Assembly (NCBI RefSeq): GCF_963921235.1
Contig: NC_086097.1
Coordinates: 175,400,001-175,464,000, forward strand
Reading direction: 5' to 3'
Source: Mobula hypostoma
Taxonomy: Eukaryota
DNA length: 64,000 nucleotides
Shown here piece by piece: positions 53,040 through 64,000 of the stretch; positions within the stretch are counted from its first letter, which is position 1; every line of letters starts with the position of its first letter. The notes beneath the pieces are model-generated. The model saw only the letters and a list, made by a program, of their open reading frames with translations. It made no database searches and was not told where the DNA came from. The translations under genes were made by a program, and so were the position numbers.

Positions 53040-56000
53040 CTGACACTGTATTCCATCTGCCCATTCTCCTAATCTGTCTAAGTCCTTCTGTAGCCTCACC
53101 ATTTTATCAAAACTACCAGCCCCTTCCACCTATCTTAATTTCATCTGCAAACTTTGCAACAAAGCCCTCAACCACATCATCCAAATCATTGACATATAAC
53201 ATAAAAATAATCGGTCCCAACCCAGACCCCTGTGGAACACCACTAAGTCACTGGCAGCCAACCAGAAAAGGCTCCCTTTATTCCCACTCTTTGCCTCCTG
53301 TCAATCAGCCATGGGCTCGTAGCTTGTTAAGCAGCCTCATCTGTGGCACTTTGTCAAAGTCCGTCTAAAAATCCAAGTACTGTACACGACATCAACCAAT
53401 TCTCCTATGTCTATCCTGCTTGTTATTCCTTCAAAGAATTCCAACAGATTTGTCAGGCAAGATTTTCCCTTGAGGAAACTATGCTGACTGCAGCCTATTT
53501 TACCATGTACTTCCCAGTACCCTGAGACCTCATCATTGATAATAGATTTTAACATCTTCCCAAACACCGAGGTCAGACTAACCGGCCTATAGTTTCCTTT
53601 CTTCTGCCTCTCTCCCTTCTTGAAGAGTGGTGAGACATTTGCAATTTACCATTCTCCAGAACCATTCCAGAATCTATCGATTCTTGAAAGATCATTACTA
53701 ATGCCTCCACAATTTCTTCGGCAACCTCTTTCAGAACCTTGGGGTGTAGAGTATCTGGTTGGTGACTTATCTACCTTCAGACTTTTCAGTTTCACAAGAA
53801 CCTTCTCTACAGTATGGCAACTTCACACACTTCATGACCCCTGGAACCTGGAACTTCCACCATACTGCTAGTATCTTTCACAGTGAAGATTGGCACAAAA
53901 TACTAATTCAGTTTTCTTCCGCCATTTCCTTGTCCCCTTTTACTACCTCTCCAGCATTATTTTTCAGCATTCTAATATCTCCTCTCACCTCTCTTTTACA
54001 CTTAATATATCTGAAGAAATCTTTGGTATCCTCTTTAATATTATTGGCTAGCTTACCTTCATATTCTATCTTTACCTTCTTAATGACTTTTTGGTTGCCT
54101 TTTTAAAAGTTTCCCAATCCTCTAACTTCCCACTAATTTTTGCCTAATATATGCCTTCTCTTTGGCTTTTATGAGGCTTTTGACTTCTCTTGTTAGCCCA
54201 CGGTTGTGTCATCTTTCCTTTAGAATACTTCTTCCTTTTTGGGATATATATATCCTGTGCCCTTTGAATTGCTTCCAGAAATTCCACCCATTGCTGCTCT
54301 GCCATCATCCCTGCCAGCATTCTTTTCCAATCAATTCTGGCCAACTCCTCTCTCATGCCTCTATAATTCCATTTACTCCCCTGTAATACTGATACACCTG
54401 ACTTTAGCTTCCTTGTCTCAAACTTTAGGGTGAATTTGATCATATTATGATCACTTGTCCCAAGGGTTCTTTTACCTTAAGCTCTCTCATCAATTCTGGT
54501 TCCATGCACAACTCCCAATCTAGAATGGTTGATTCCCTAGTGAACTTAATCACAAGCTGCTCTAACAAGCTAAGCACTCCCGAAATTCCCCCTCCTGGAA
54601 TCCAGCACCAACCGGATTTTCCCAATTTACCTTCATATTGAAGTCCTCCATGTCTATTTTAACATTGCCCTTTTGCCATGCATTTTCTATCTCACATTGT
54701 CATTTGTAGACTACATTCTTACTACTGTTTGGGTGGTCTGTATACAACTCACATCAGCATTTCCTTAGCTCTATCCCACAATGATTCGTCAACTTCTGAC
54801 CCAAAGTCACTTCTTTCTAATGATTTGGTTTCATGTTTTACCTACAGAGCAAAACTGCCCCCTCTGCCTTCCTGCCTGTCCTTTTGATGTAATGTGTATC
54901 CTTGGACATTAAACTCCCAGCCATAATCTTCTTTCATCCATGATTCAGTGATTCCTACAACATAATTCCTGCCAATCTGCAACTGTGCTGCAAGCTCTTC
55001 TCCCTTATTTCATATACTGCGCGCATTCAAATATAACACCTTCAGTCCTGTATTCACTCTTTTCAATTTTGTCCATCTTTTACATTGCAACTCATCCTGT
55101 TGACTGCAATTTTGCCCTATCAACAGCCTCTCCTCACTACAGATTGCCTCTGTTTGTAAAATAGCTACCTCATCTTCAGTACTATTATTTTCATTTCCTA
55201 TGATACGGCTTGCATTGAAATATAGGCAGCTCAGGATACTATCTGCATCGTGCTTAACCTTTAGATTTCTAACTTTGTCTGAGGTCTTACCAACATCTGC
55301 CTCCACAGTCTCTCCAGTAACTGTCCTGACACTCTGGTTCCCATCCCCCTGCAACTCTAGTTTAAACACCACTGTGCAGCAGTAACGAACCTTCTCACTG
55401 GATTATTAGTCCCCCTCCAGTTTAGTCAGGTTCAAACTGTCCCTTCCGTACAGGTCCCACCTCCCCTGGAAGAGGGTCCAATATTCCCAAAATCTTATGC
55501 CCCGCCTCCTTCACCAACTTAGCCACATAGTAAATTGTATAATCTTCCTAGTTCTGGCCTCACTAGCACGTGGCATGGGTAGCAATCCTGAGATCACAAC
55601 TCTGGAGATCCTGCCCTTTAACTTAGCACCTAACTCACTGAAATCCCTATGCAGAACCTTGTTACTTGTCCTGTCCATATCATTGGCACCTACATGGACC
55701 ACAACTTCTGGCTGTTGACGCTCCTACTTGAGAATGCTGAGGACTCAATCCAAGATATCCAGGACCCTGGCACCCGGGAGGCAACATACCATCTGAGAAT
55801 CTCGTTCTCACCCACAGAACCTCCTGTTTGTTCCCCTAACTAATGAATCCCTGATCACCACAAGGTGCCTTTTCTCCTCCCTTCTCTTCTGAGTCACAGA
55901 GGCAGACTCAGTGCCTAAGGCCCAACCACTGTGACTTTCCTCTGTTACGTTATCCCCCCGACAGTATCCAAAGTGATCTACCTGTTGTTGAGGGGGAGGG

Positions 56001-56454
56001 CCACAGGGGTACTCTGCACTGGCTCCTTAACTTCTTTCCTCTTCCTGACTGTCACCCAGTTTCCTTTATCCTGCAGCTTAGGTGTAACTACCTCTCTCTA
56101 TGTCCTATACCCTTCAGCCTCTAAATGATCTGGAGTTCATTCAGATCCAGCTCCAACTCTAACGTGGATTGTTAGAAGCTGAAGCTGGATGCACTTCTTC
56201 TAAGTTGTAGCCTTCATGTGCCTTCCCACATTCCGCAAGAGGAGCATTCAACTATCCTGTCTGGCATCTCTACTATCCTAGCTGAGCAGATATAAAGAGG
56301 GGAAGGAAAAAAATTCTTAACCTAATGGTTTGCTTTCTCTGATTGAAGCCTGTTTTCATGGAAGCCTCGAAGAGCTAAAGCCTCAAGATCACCACTCTAT
56401 CTCTGTCTACTTAGATGACAGCCACTGTGATGATGACAAGCAACACATTTCGTT

Positions 56455-56491
56455 AGTCCTGACGAAGGGTCTCGGCCTGAAACGTCGACTG
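56455..56491 (+). ncRNA. Minimal hammerhead motif in a 148-bp PLE-tail insertion
   Basis: agtc ctgacga agggtctcggcct gaaac gtc gactg; insertion 56439-56586 with TSD tgtgatgatgaca. Confidence 0.75.
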
Positions 56492-58779
56492 CACCTCTTC
56501 CTATAGATGCTGCCTGGCCTGCTGTGTTCACCAGCAACTTTGATGTGTGTTGCTTGAATTTCCAGCATCTGCAGAATTCCTGTTTTTGTGATGATGACAG
56601 CTGTGTTTGCCCCTGCCTTCCTTTAATTTGCTCTTGTTAACCAATCACAAATGCCAACTAGTTGCTGGTCACAGCTCTTTTTTGAACCAGTTTTCATTAG
56701 GGAGCTTAAGGTAAAGAAACTCAGGAGACAATGATCATAATATTATAGAATTCACCCTGCAGTTTGAGAGTGAGAAGATTAAGTCAGATGTATCAGTATG
56801 ACAAAGGAATTACAGAGGCACGTGAGAGGAGCTGGCCAAGGCTGATTTATATAAAAGAGGATACTTGAAGATTTTATGATATACTGAATAAGGAGTAAAA
56901 GAGAGATGAAAGTGGATATTTGACCACTGGAAAAATACACTGGAGAGGTAGTAATGGTGATGAAGAAATGTCAGATGAATTTAATGAGTATTTTGCATCA
57001 GTCTTCACTGCGGAAGACACCAGCAGTATGTCAGAAATTCAAGAGTGTCAGGGAGCAGAAGTGAGTGTAATTGGTATTACTAAGGAAAAGATGCTTGGGA
57101 ACCTGAAAGACCTGAAGGCAGATAAGTCACTGCAATTTAAGGGAATACACCCCAATGTTATGGAAGAGGTAGCTGAAGAAATATGTGGAAACATTAGTAA
57201 TGATCTTTCAAGAATTACTAAATTCTGGAATGGTTCTGGAGGACTGAAAAATTCTAAATGTCACTCCACTACTTAAGAAGAGAGGGAGGCAGAAGAGAGG
57301 AAATTATAAACCAGCTAGCCTGACTTCACTGGTTGGGAAGATGCTGGAGTCAATTATTAAGAATAAGGGTTCGGGGTAGTTATAGACACATAACAAAGTA
57401 GGCCACAGTCAGCATGGTTTTGTTGAGGGGAAATCTTGCCTGACAAATTCTTAAAGAAATAACTGGCAGGATAGACAAAGTGGATACTGTTCAGAAGACT
57501 TTGACAAGGTGTTGCACATGAGACTGCTTAACAAGAGCCCATGGTATTACAGGAATGGTACCAGCATGGATTGAAGGTTGGCTGACTGACTGAAGTCAGG
57601 AGGCAAAGAGCGAGAATAAAGGGGACCTATTCTCGTTGGCTGCCGGTGACTAGTGGTACTCCACAGGGGTTGGTATTGGGACAGCTTCTTTTCATATGTC
57701 CATGGTTTGGATGACAGAATTGATGGCTTTGTGGCCAAGTTTGCAGACAATATGAAGAACAGTGGAGGGGCAGGTAGTGTTCAGGAAGCAGAGAGTCTGC
57801 AGAAGGACTTGGACAGATTGGGAGAATGGGCAAAGAAATGGCAGATGGAATATAGTGTAGGGAAGTATATAGTAATGCACATTGGTAGAAGGAATAAAGG
57901 CATAGATTACTTTCTAAATGGGGAGAACATTTAAAAATCAGACATACAAAGGGACTTGGGAGTCCATGTGCAGAAGTCCCTAAAGGTTGACTTGCAGTTT
58001 GAGTCAGTGGTGAGGAAGGTGAATGCAACATTAGCATTCATTTTGGGAGGACTAAAATACAAGAGCAAGGATGTAATGTTGAGACTTTGTAAGTCATTGG
58101 TCAGACAACACTTGGCATATTGGGACCAGTTTTGTTGCCCTTATCTAAGAAAACGTGCTGTTATTGGTGTGGGTCCGGAGGATGTTCACGAAAATGATTC
58201 TGAGAATGAAAGGGTTAACATATAAGTAACGTTTTATGGCTCTGGGCCTGTAGTCACTGGAGTTTAGAAGAATTGGGGGGGGGGGAATCTCGTTGAAATC
58301 TATTGAATATTGAAAGGCCTTGATAGAGTGGAAGTGGAGTGAATGTTTCCTATAGTGGTGGAATCTTGGACCAGAGGGCACAGACCAGAAATAGAGGGAC
58401 ACCCATTTAGAACAGAGATGAGGAGGAATTTCTTTAGCCAGAGGGTAGTGAATCTATGGAATTTATTGGCACGGATGGCCACGGAGGCAAAGTTATTGAG
58501 GATATTTAAAGCAAAGGTTGATAGGTACTTGATTAGTCAGGACCCGAAAGGTTTCTGAGAGAAGACAAGAGAGGATAAACCGACCATAATGGAATGTCTC
58601 AAATCGGCTCCTATGTTTTATGGTCTAATCCCAAATCCATTCCTCCCACGTTCCATTCTCCATGTGTGTTTCTTCAGGGGATTGGGGGATATTAACACCT
58701 GATCTGATTTCCCATATTTACTGGAGGTTTATCCCTAATCCCAATCCCTCCCAGAAACCGATGTCAGATTCTCAGTCCC

Positions 58780-59110
58780 CGGGGAACTGCCCAATTCGCT
58801 GAGCTATCTGCTTGATCCCAATGCCCTGCTCTCCAGGGACGCTGTTGGCGTTCTCTAACGCATTCAGCGGAACGGCAGGAAGCAGCGCAGGTAATCCCTG
58901 AGTAATCAGGTTTTTAAATCGCTTAGTCTTTGCTCACCACCCCCACCCCACCACATCTGCCGCCGCTATATTTCACTGTTTGCCGGGTGCATTTGAACTA
59001 TTCTATTGATTGAGATGTCCGGTTGAAGGTTCGATCTCTCGGCGGGGAAGAGCCAACCTCGGGAGCGCCCCGCCCCCCGCCCCCCGCCGGCTCCATTCCC
59101 GGTGTTGGAC
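58780..59110. promoter_or_regulatory. CpG-rich non-repeat island, possible promoter or first exon
   Basis: Raised CpG density, tandem GC boxes 59066-59088, ggaag ETS-like site, donor-like sites on both strands (cag|gtaatc at 58890 plus; gtg|gtgagc at 58938 minus). Confidence 0.4.
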
Positions 59111-61047
59111 AGTCTCTCTGTCTCCGTCTGTTTGCAACTGCCACTTGTTGAACGTTCAAAGTAAATTGATTATCAGAGTACCTACATGTTACCCATAACT
59201 ACCTAGGGAATTATTTCCTTGCAGACATTTACAATAAAAAGAAACACAATAGTTTTATGAAAGACTATACATATACAAAGACTGACAAACAACCGATGTG
59301 AAAAAAATACAAACTGCAAATATAAGTAACACGACGACATGGTTGTAATGAGTCTGTACGTCATCGAATCAGTTCAGAGTAGTGGTGATTGAAATTATCC
59401 ATGCTGGTCCAGGAGGCTGATGTTTGGAGGGTAATAACTATACCTGACCCTGGTTGTGTGGGACCATAAGGCATGGGAGCAGAATTAGGCCTTTCAGCCC
59501 ATTGAGTCTGCTCCATCATGGCTGACCACAGATCCCACTCAACCCCATGCACCTGCCTTCTCGCCATATGCTTTGATGTCCTGACCGATCAGGAAGCGAT
59601 CAACTACCGCCTTAAATATACCCACAGACTTGGCCTCCACCAGTCTGTGGCAGAGCATTCCACAGATTCACTACTCTCTAGCTAAAAAAAAAATCCTCCT
59701 TACCTCTGTTCTAAAAGGTTACCCCTCAATTTTGAAGTTGTGGATATCCTCACCATAGGAAACATCCTCTCCACATCCACCCTAAATAGCCCTTTCAATA
59801 TTTGGTAGGTTTCTATGAGATCCCCCTGTATTCTTCTAAATTCCAGTGAGTACAGGCCCAAAGTTGCCAAATGCTCCACATACATTAACCCCTTCATCCC
59901 CAGAATCATCCTCGTGCACCTCCTCTGGATTCTCTCCAATGACAACATATCCCTTCTGAGAAATGGGGCCCAAAACAGTTGACAATACTCCAAGTGTGGC
60001 CTGACTAGTCTCTTATAAAGCTTCAGCATCATCTCCTTGCTTTTATATTCTAATCCGCTTGAACTAAATGCCAACATTGCATTTGCCTTTTTTACCACAG
60101 ACTCAACCTATAAATTAACCTACTGGGAGTCTTGCACGAGGACTTCTAAGTCCCTCTGCACTTCTGATATGTGAACCTTCTCCCCATTTAGATAATAGTC
60201 TGCACTATTGTTCCTTTTACCAAATGCATTGTTATACATTTCCCAACACTGTATTCCATTTGCCACTTTTTTTAGCCCATTCTTCCAATTTGTCTAAGTC
60301 CTGCTGCAAATGCATTGTTTCCTCAGCACTACCTACCCCTCCACCTATCATTGTATCATCCGCAAACTTTGCCACAAAGTCATCAATTCCATTATCCAAA
60401 TCATTAACAAACGATGTAAAAAGTAGTGGTCCCAACACTGATTCCTGAGGAACACCACTAGTCACTGGCAGCCAACGAGAAAAGGCCCCCTTTATTCCCA
60501 CTCGCTGCCTCCTGCCTGTCAGCCATTCCTCTATACATGCCAGTATCTTAGGATTTTACCTTGTTAGGCAGCCAGATGCGTGGCACCTTATCAAATGCCT
60601 TCTGAAAGTCTAAGTAAGTGACATCTTTGTCCACCCTGCTTGTAACTTCCTCAAAGAACTCTAACAGATTTGTCAGGCAAGATTTCCATTGACAGAAACC
60701 ATGCTGACTTTGACTTATTTTATCAATTAGCTCCAAATACCTTGAAACCTCATCCTTAATAAAAGACTCCAACATTTCCCAACCACTGAGGTTAGGCTAA
60801 TTGGCATATAATTTCCTTTCTTTTGCATTTCTCCCTTCTTAAAGAGTGAAGGGACATTTGAAATCTTCCAGTCCTCTGGGACCATGCCAGAATCAAGCGA
60901 TTGTTGAAAGATCATGATCAACACACCCATTATCTCTTCAGCAACCTCTCTCAGGACTCTGGGATGCAGTTCATCTGGCCCAGGTGACTTATCCACCTTA
61001 AGACCATTGAGGAACTCAGCAGGTCGGGCAGCATCCGTGGAAAAGAT

Positions 61048-61085
61048 CGGTCGACGTTTCAGGCCGGAACCTTTCATCAGGACTG
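61048..61085 (-). ncRNA. Minimal hammerhead motif with covarying stem II
   Basis: CAGUC CUGAUGA A AGGU-UCCG-GCCU GAAAC GUC GACCG; A-U replaces the G-C closing pair of stem II. Confidence 0.72.
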
Positions 61086-62411
61086 TAGGGGGAAGGGGCA
61101 GAGGCCCTATAAAGAAGGTGGGGGGAGAGTGGGAAGGAGAAGGCTGGTAGGTTCCAAGTGAAAAACCAGTCAGGGGAAAGATAAAGGGGTGGAGGAAGGG
61201 AGGCAGGGAGGTGATAGGCAGGAAAGGTGAAGAAGGAATAGGGGAAAACACAATGGGTAGTAGAAGGAGGCGGAACCGAGAGGGAGGTGGTAGGTAGCTG
61301 GGGGAGGGGGCAGAGTGACATAGGGATAGGGGATGGGAGGGGGAGGGAATTACCGGAAGTTGGAGAATTCTATGTTCATACCAAGGGGCTGGAGACTACC
61401 TAGACGGTATATGAGGTGTTGCTCCTCCAACCTGAGTTTAGCCTCATCATGGCAGTAGAGGAGGCCATGTATGGACATATCTGAATGGGAACGTGAAGCA
61501 GAGTTGAAGTGGGTGGCTACTGGGAGATCCTGTCTGTTGTGGCGGATGGAGTGGAGGTGCTCGATGAAGCGGTCCCCCAATCTGCGTTGGGTTTCACCGA
61601 TGTTGAGGAGACCGCATCAGGAGCACCGGATGCAATAGATGACTCCAACAGACTCACAAGTGAAGTGTTGCCTCACTTGGAAGGACTGTCTGGGGCCCTG
61701 AATGGTGGCAAGAGAGGAGGTGTAGGGACAGGTGTAGCACTTGCGCTTACAGGGATAAGTGCCAGGTGGGAGATCCGTGGGGAGAGACGTGTGGACCAGG
61801 GAGTCACGGAGGGACCGATCCCTGTGGAAGGCGGAGAGAGGTGGAGAGGGAAAGATGTGCTTAGTGGTGGGGTCCTGTTGAAGGTGGCAGAAGTTGCGGA
61901 GGATAGTGTGCCGAATCTGGAGGCTGGTGGGATGGTAGGTGAAGACAAGGGGAACTCTGTCCCTGTTGTGGTGGCGGAAGGATGGGGTGAGAGCCGAAGT
62001 GTGGGAAATGGAGGAGATGCGGGTGAGGGCATCATTGATGACAGCAGAAGGGAAACCACGATTCCTAAAGAAAGAGGACATTTGAGATGTCCTGGAACGG
62101 AAAGCCTCATCCTGGGAGCAGATGCGGCGGAGACAGAGGAACTGGGAATAGGGAATGGCAATTTTGCATGTGGCTGGACGGGAAGAGGTATAGTTGAGGT
62201 AGTTATGAGAGTCAGTGGGCTTGTAGAAGATGTCCGTGGACAGTTTGTCTCCAGAGATGGAGACCGAGAGATTGAGAAAGGGGAGAGAAGTGTCTGAGAT
62301 GGACCAAGTGAATTTGAGGGCTGGGTGGAATTTAGAAGTAAAGACGATGAAATTGATGAGCTCAGCAAGAAGTAAAGTCGATGAAATTAGGGCCTCTGCC
62401 CCTTCCCCCTA

Positions 62412-62449
62412 CAGTCCTGACGAAGGGTTCCGGCCCGAAATGTCGACCG
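62412..62449 (+). ncRNA. Minimal hammerhead motif
   Basis: cagtc ctgacga agggttccggccc gaaat gtc gaccg. Confidence 0.68.
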
Positions 62450-62867
62450 ATCTTTCTAACGGATGCTGCCCGACCTGCTGAGTTCCTCCAGCGTGTGGTG
62501 AGTGTTGCTTTGACCCCAGCATCTGCAGATTATTTTGTGTTTAAGACCATTGAGTCTGCCTAGCACTTATTACTTAGTAATAGCAATAGTATTCACTCCT
62601 GCTCCCTGACGCTCACAGACCTCTGACACACTGCAAGGGTCTTCCAGAGTGAAGACTGATGCAAAGTACTTATTAAGTTCATCTACTATTCTTTTGTTTC
62701 CCCATTACTACCTTAGCAGCATCATTTTTCAGTGGTCCAATATCAACTGTCACCTCCCTTTTACTCTTTATATAACTGAAAAATCTTTTGATATCCTCCT
62801 TCATATTATTGGCTATTTTGCCCTCATATATAATCTTTTCCCTTCACTCAGCTTTTTTTTTGTTAAC

Positions 62868-63352
62868 ACAAAATACATATGTCCATACATGGCCTCCTCT
62901 ACTGCCATGATGAGGCTAAACTCAGGTTGGAGGAGTAACACCTCATATACCGTCTAGGTAGTCTCCAACCCCTTGGTATGAACATAGAATTCTCCAACTT
63001 CCGGTAATTTCCTCCCCCTCCCTTCCCCTATCCCTATGTCACTCTGCCCCCTCCCCCAGCTGCCTATCACCTCCCTCATGGTTCCGCCTCCTTCTACTAC
63101 CCATTGCGTTTTCCCCTATTCCTTCTTTACCTATCCCCTCCCTGCCTCCCCTCCCCACCCCTTTATCTTTCCCCTTACTGGTTTTTCATCTGGAACCTTC
63201 CAGCCTTCTCCTTCCCATCCTCCCCCACCTTCTTTATAGGGCCTCTTCCCCTTCCCTCTTCAGTCCTGATGAAAGGTTCCAGTCCGAAACGTTGACTGAT
63301 CGTTTCCATGGATGCTGCCCGACCTGCTGAGTTCCTCCAGCTTGTTGTGTGT
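62868..63352 (+). mobile_element. PLE 3' fragment with hammerhead motif (63261-63298)
   Basis: GIY-YIG C-terminal remnant plus UTR; cagtc ctgatga aaggttccagtcc gaaac gtt gactg. Confidence 0.82.
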
Positions 63353-63747
63353 AGCTTTTTTTTTGCCTTTTGTTGGATTTTAAAAGCTTCCCAATCACCC
63401 AACATCCCATTTATTTTTGCTACCTTATATGCCCTTTCCTTGGCTTTTATGCAGTCTTTAACTTCCTTTGTCAACCACAGTTGCCTACCCCTGCCATTTG
63501 AGAATTTCTTCTTCTGAGGGACATATCTATCCCGTGCCTTGTGAACTATTCCCAGAAACTTCAGCCATCTCTGCTCTGCTGTCATCTCTGCCTGTATCCT
63601 CCTCCAATCCACCTGGGCAAGCTCCTCTCTCATGCCTCTGTAGTTCCACTTATTCCATTGTGATACTGATACATTTGTGATTTATGCTTCTCTCTCTCAA
63701 ACTGCAGTATGAAACCTAAGGCCTCTGTACCTCTTACCTGATGCTAG

Positions 63748-63840
63748 TGTGAGAGAGGGCATGGTCTGGATGGTGCGGGTGAGAGAGGGCATGGTCTGGG
63801 TGGTGCGGGTGAGAGAGGGCATGGTCTGGATGGTGCGGGT
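63748..63840. repeat. 30-bp tandem repeat, 3 copies, inside a LINE 3' fragment
   Basis: gtgagagagggcatggtctgg(a/g)tggtgcgg repeated three times. Confidence 0.9.
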
Positions 63841-64000
63841 CTTTGATAATGGATGGTGCTTTCTTGTGGCAGCACTCCACAAATTGGAACATGTAGCAAA
63901 TTGGGTATCTGAATGTGCCTGACTGGAACAGATGGACCTAGGAGTACAAGTATCTGTTCCCTGAAAGTGGAGTCTATGAGGTTTGGATTTACATCACCTT

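Larger units (their letters stand above)
52085..56680 (-). mobile_element. Near full-length CR1 LINE nested in the opposite orientation
   Basis: 3' tail at 52085, LVRQYLEYC..FWAPY, GKSCLTNLLEFFE, YLNARSI and ORF1 VHVGANDM..VVISGLLP. Confidence 0.88.
49100..58627 (+). mobile_element. Near full-length CR1 LINE (49100-52080 plus 56682-58627), split by nested insertions
   Basis: ORF1 zinc finger ECFSCEMW..ICRK and esterase GDSIVR..CCLPGARVQDV; ORF2 endonuclease resumes colinearly at 56682; FVAKFAD; ttatggtc tail. Confidence 0.85.
61012..62540 (-). mobile_element. Penelope-like element (RT C-terminus plus GIY-YIG) with inverted hammerhead-bearing termini
   Basis: FHPALKFTWSIS..YKPTDSH..IPYSQF and GIY-YIG; inverted terminal copy 62390-62540; duplicated ttaagaccattgag (60998-61011, 62541-62554). 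Confidence 0.92.
59463..63700 (-). mobile_element. CR1 LINE ORF2, decayed, hosting two PLE insertions
   Basis: LVRPHLEYC, VTSGVPQESVLGPLLF, AKFADDT, YLDFQKAFDKVP and KSPGPDELHPRVL. Confidence 0.88.

Overview
This is vertebrate DNA with very dense repeats. The repeat mix (CR1, V-SINE, Penelope-like, Rex1/Babar, Tx1, Gypsy, hAT, Tigger) suggests a cartilaginous fish, probably a ray; that is inference. One intact host gene can be assembled by hand on the minus strand from six GT-AG exons: 33123-33008, 24143-23990, 20659-20547, 15006-14874, 12681-12574 and 5394-5311 (708 nt, 235 aa). It encodes a RING/C2HC/2xC2H2/UIM E3 ubiquitin ligase of the RNF114/125/138/166 family, best resembling RNF125. 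An IRF-like, NF-kB and CRE-like motif cluster lies just upstream of its ATG. The rest is nested transposable elements. The most notable non-coding signal is a set of minimal type-I hammerhead ribozyme motifs (CAGUC-CUGANGA-A-stem II-GAAAC-GUC-GACUG). They sit in Penelope-like element termini and in short TSD-flanked hairpin derivatives, and one intact copy is in sense orientation in intron 5 of the gene. Other points of interest are a MITE closely resembling mammalian MER2, a TG..CA foldback element, a VNTR-carrying retroposon, a young Tx1 LINE, a Tip100-like hAT with perfect TSDs and an internally deleted ERV. Almost all ORFs in the supplied track are TE fragments or spurious. I cannot support a wholly new biological system from the sequence alone.
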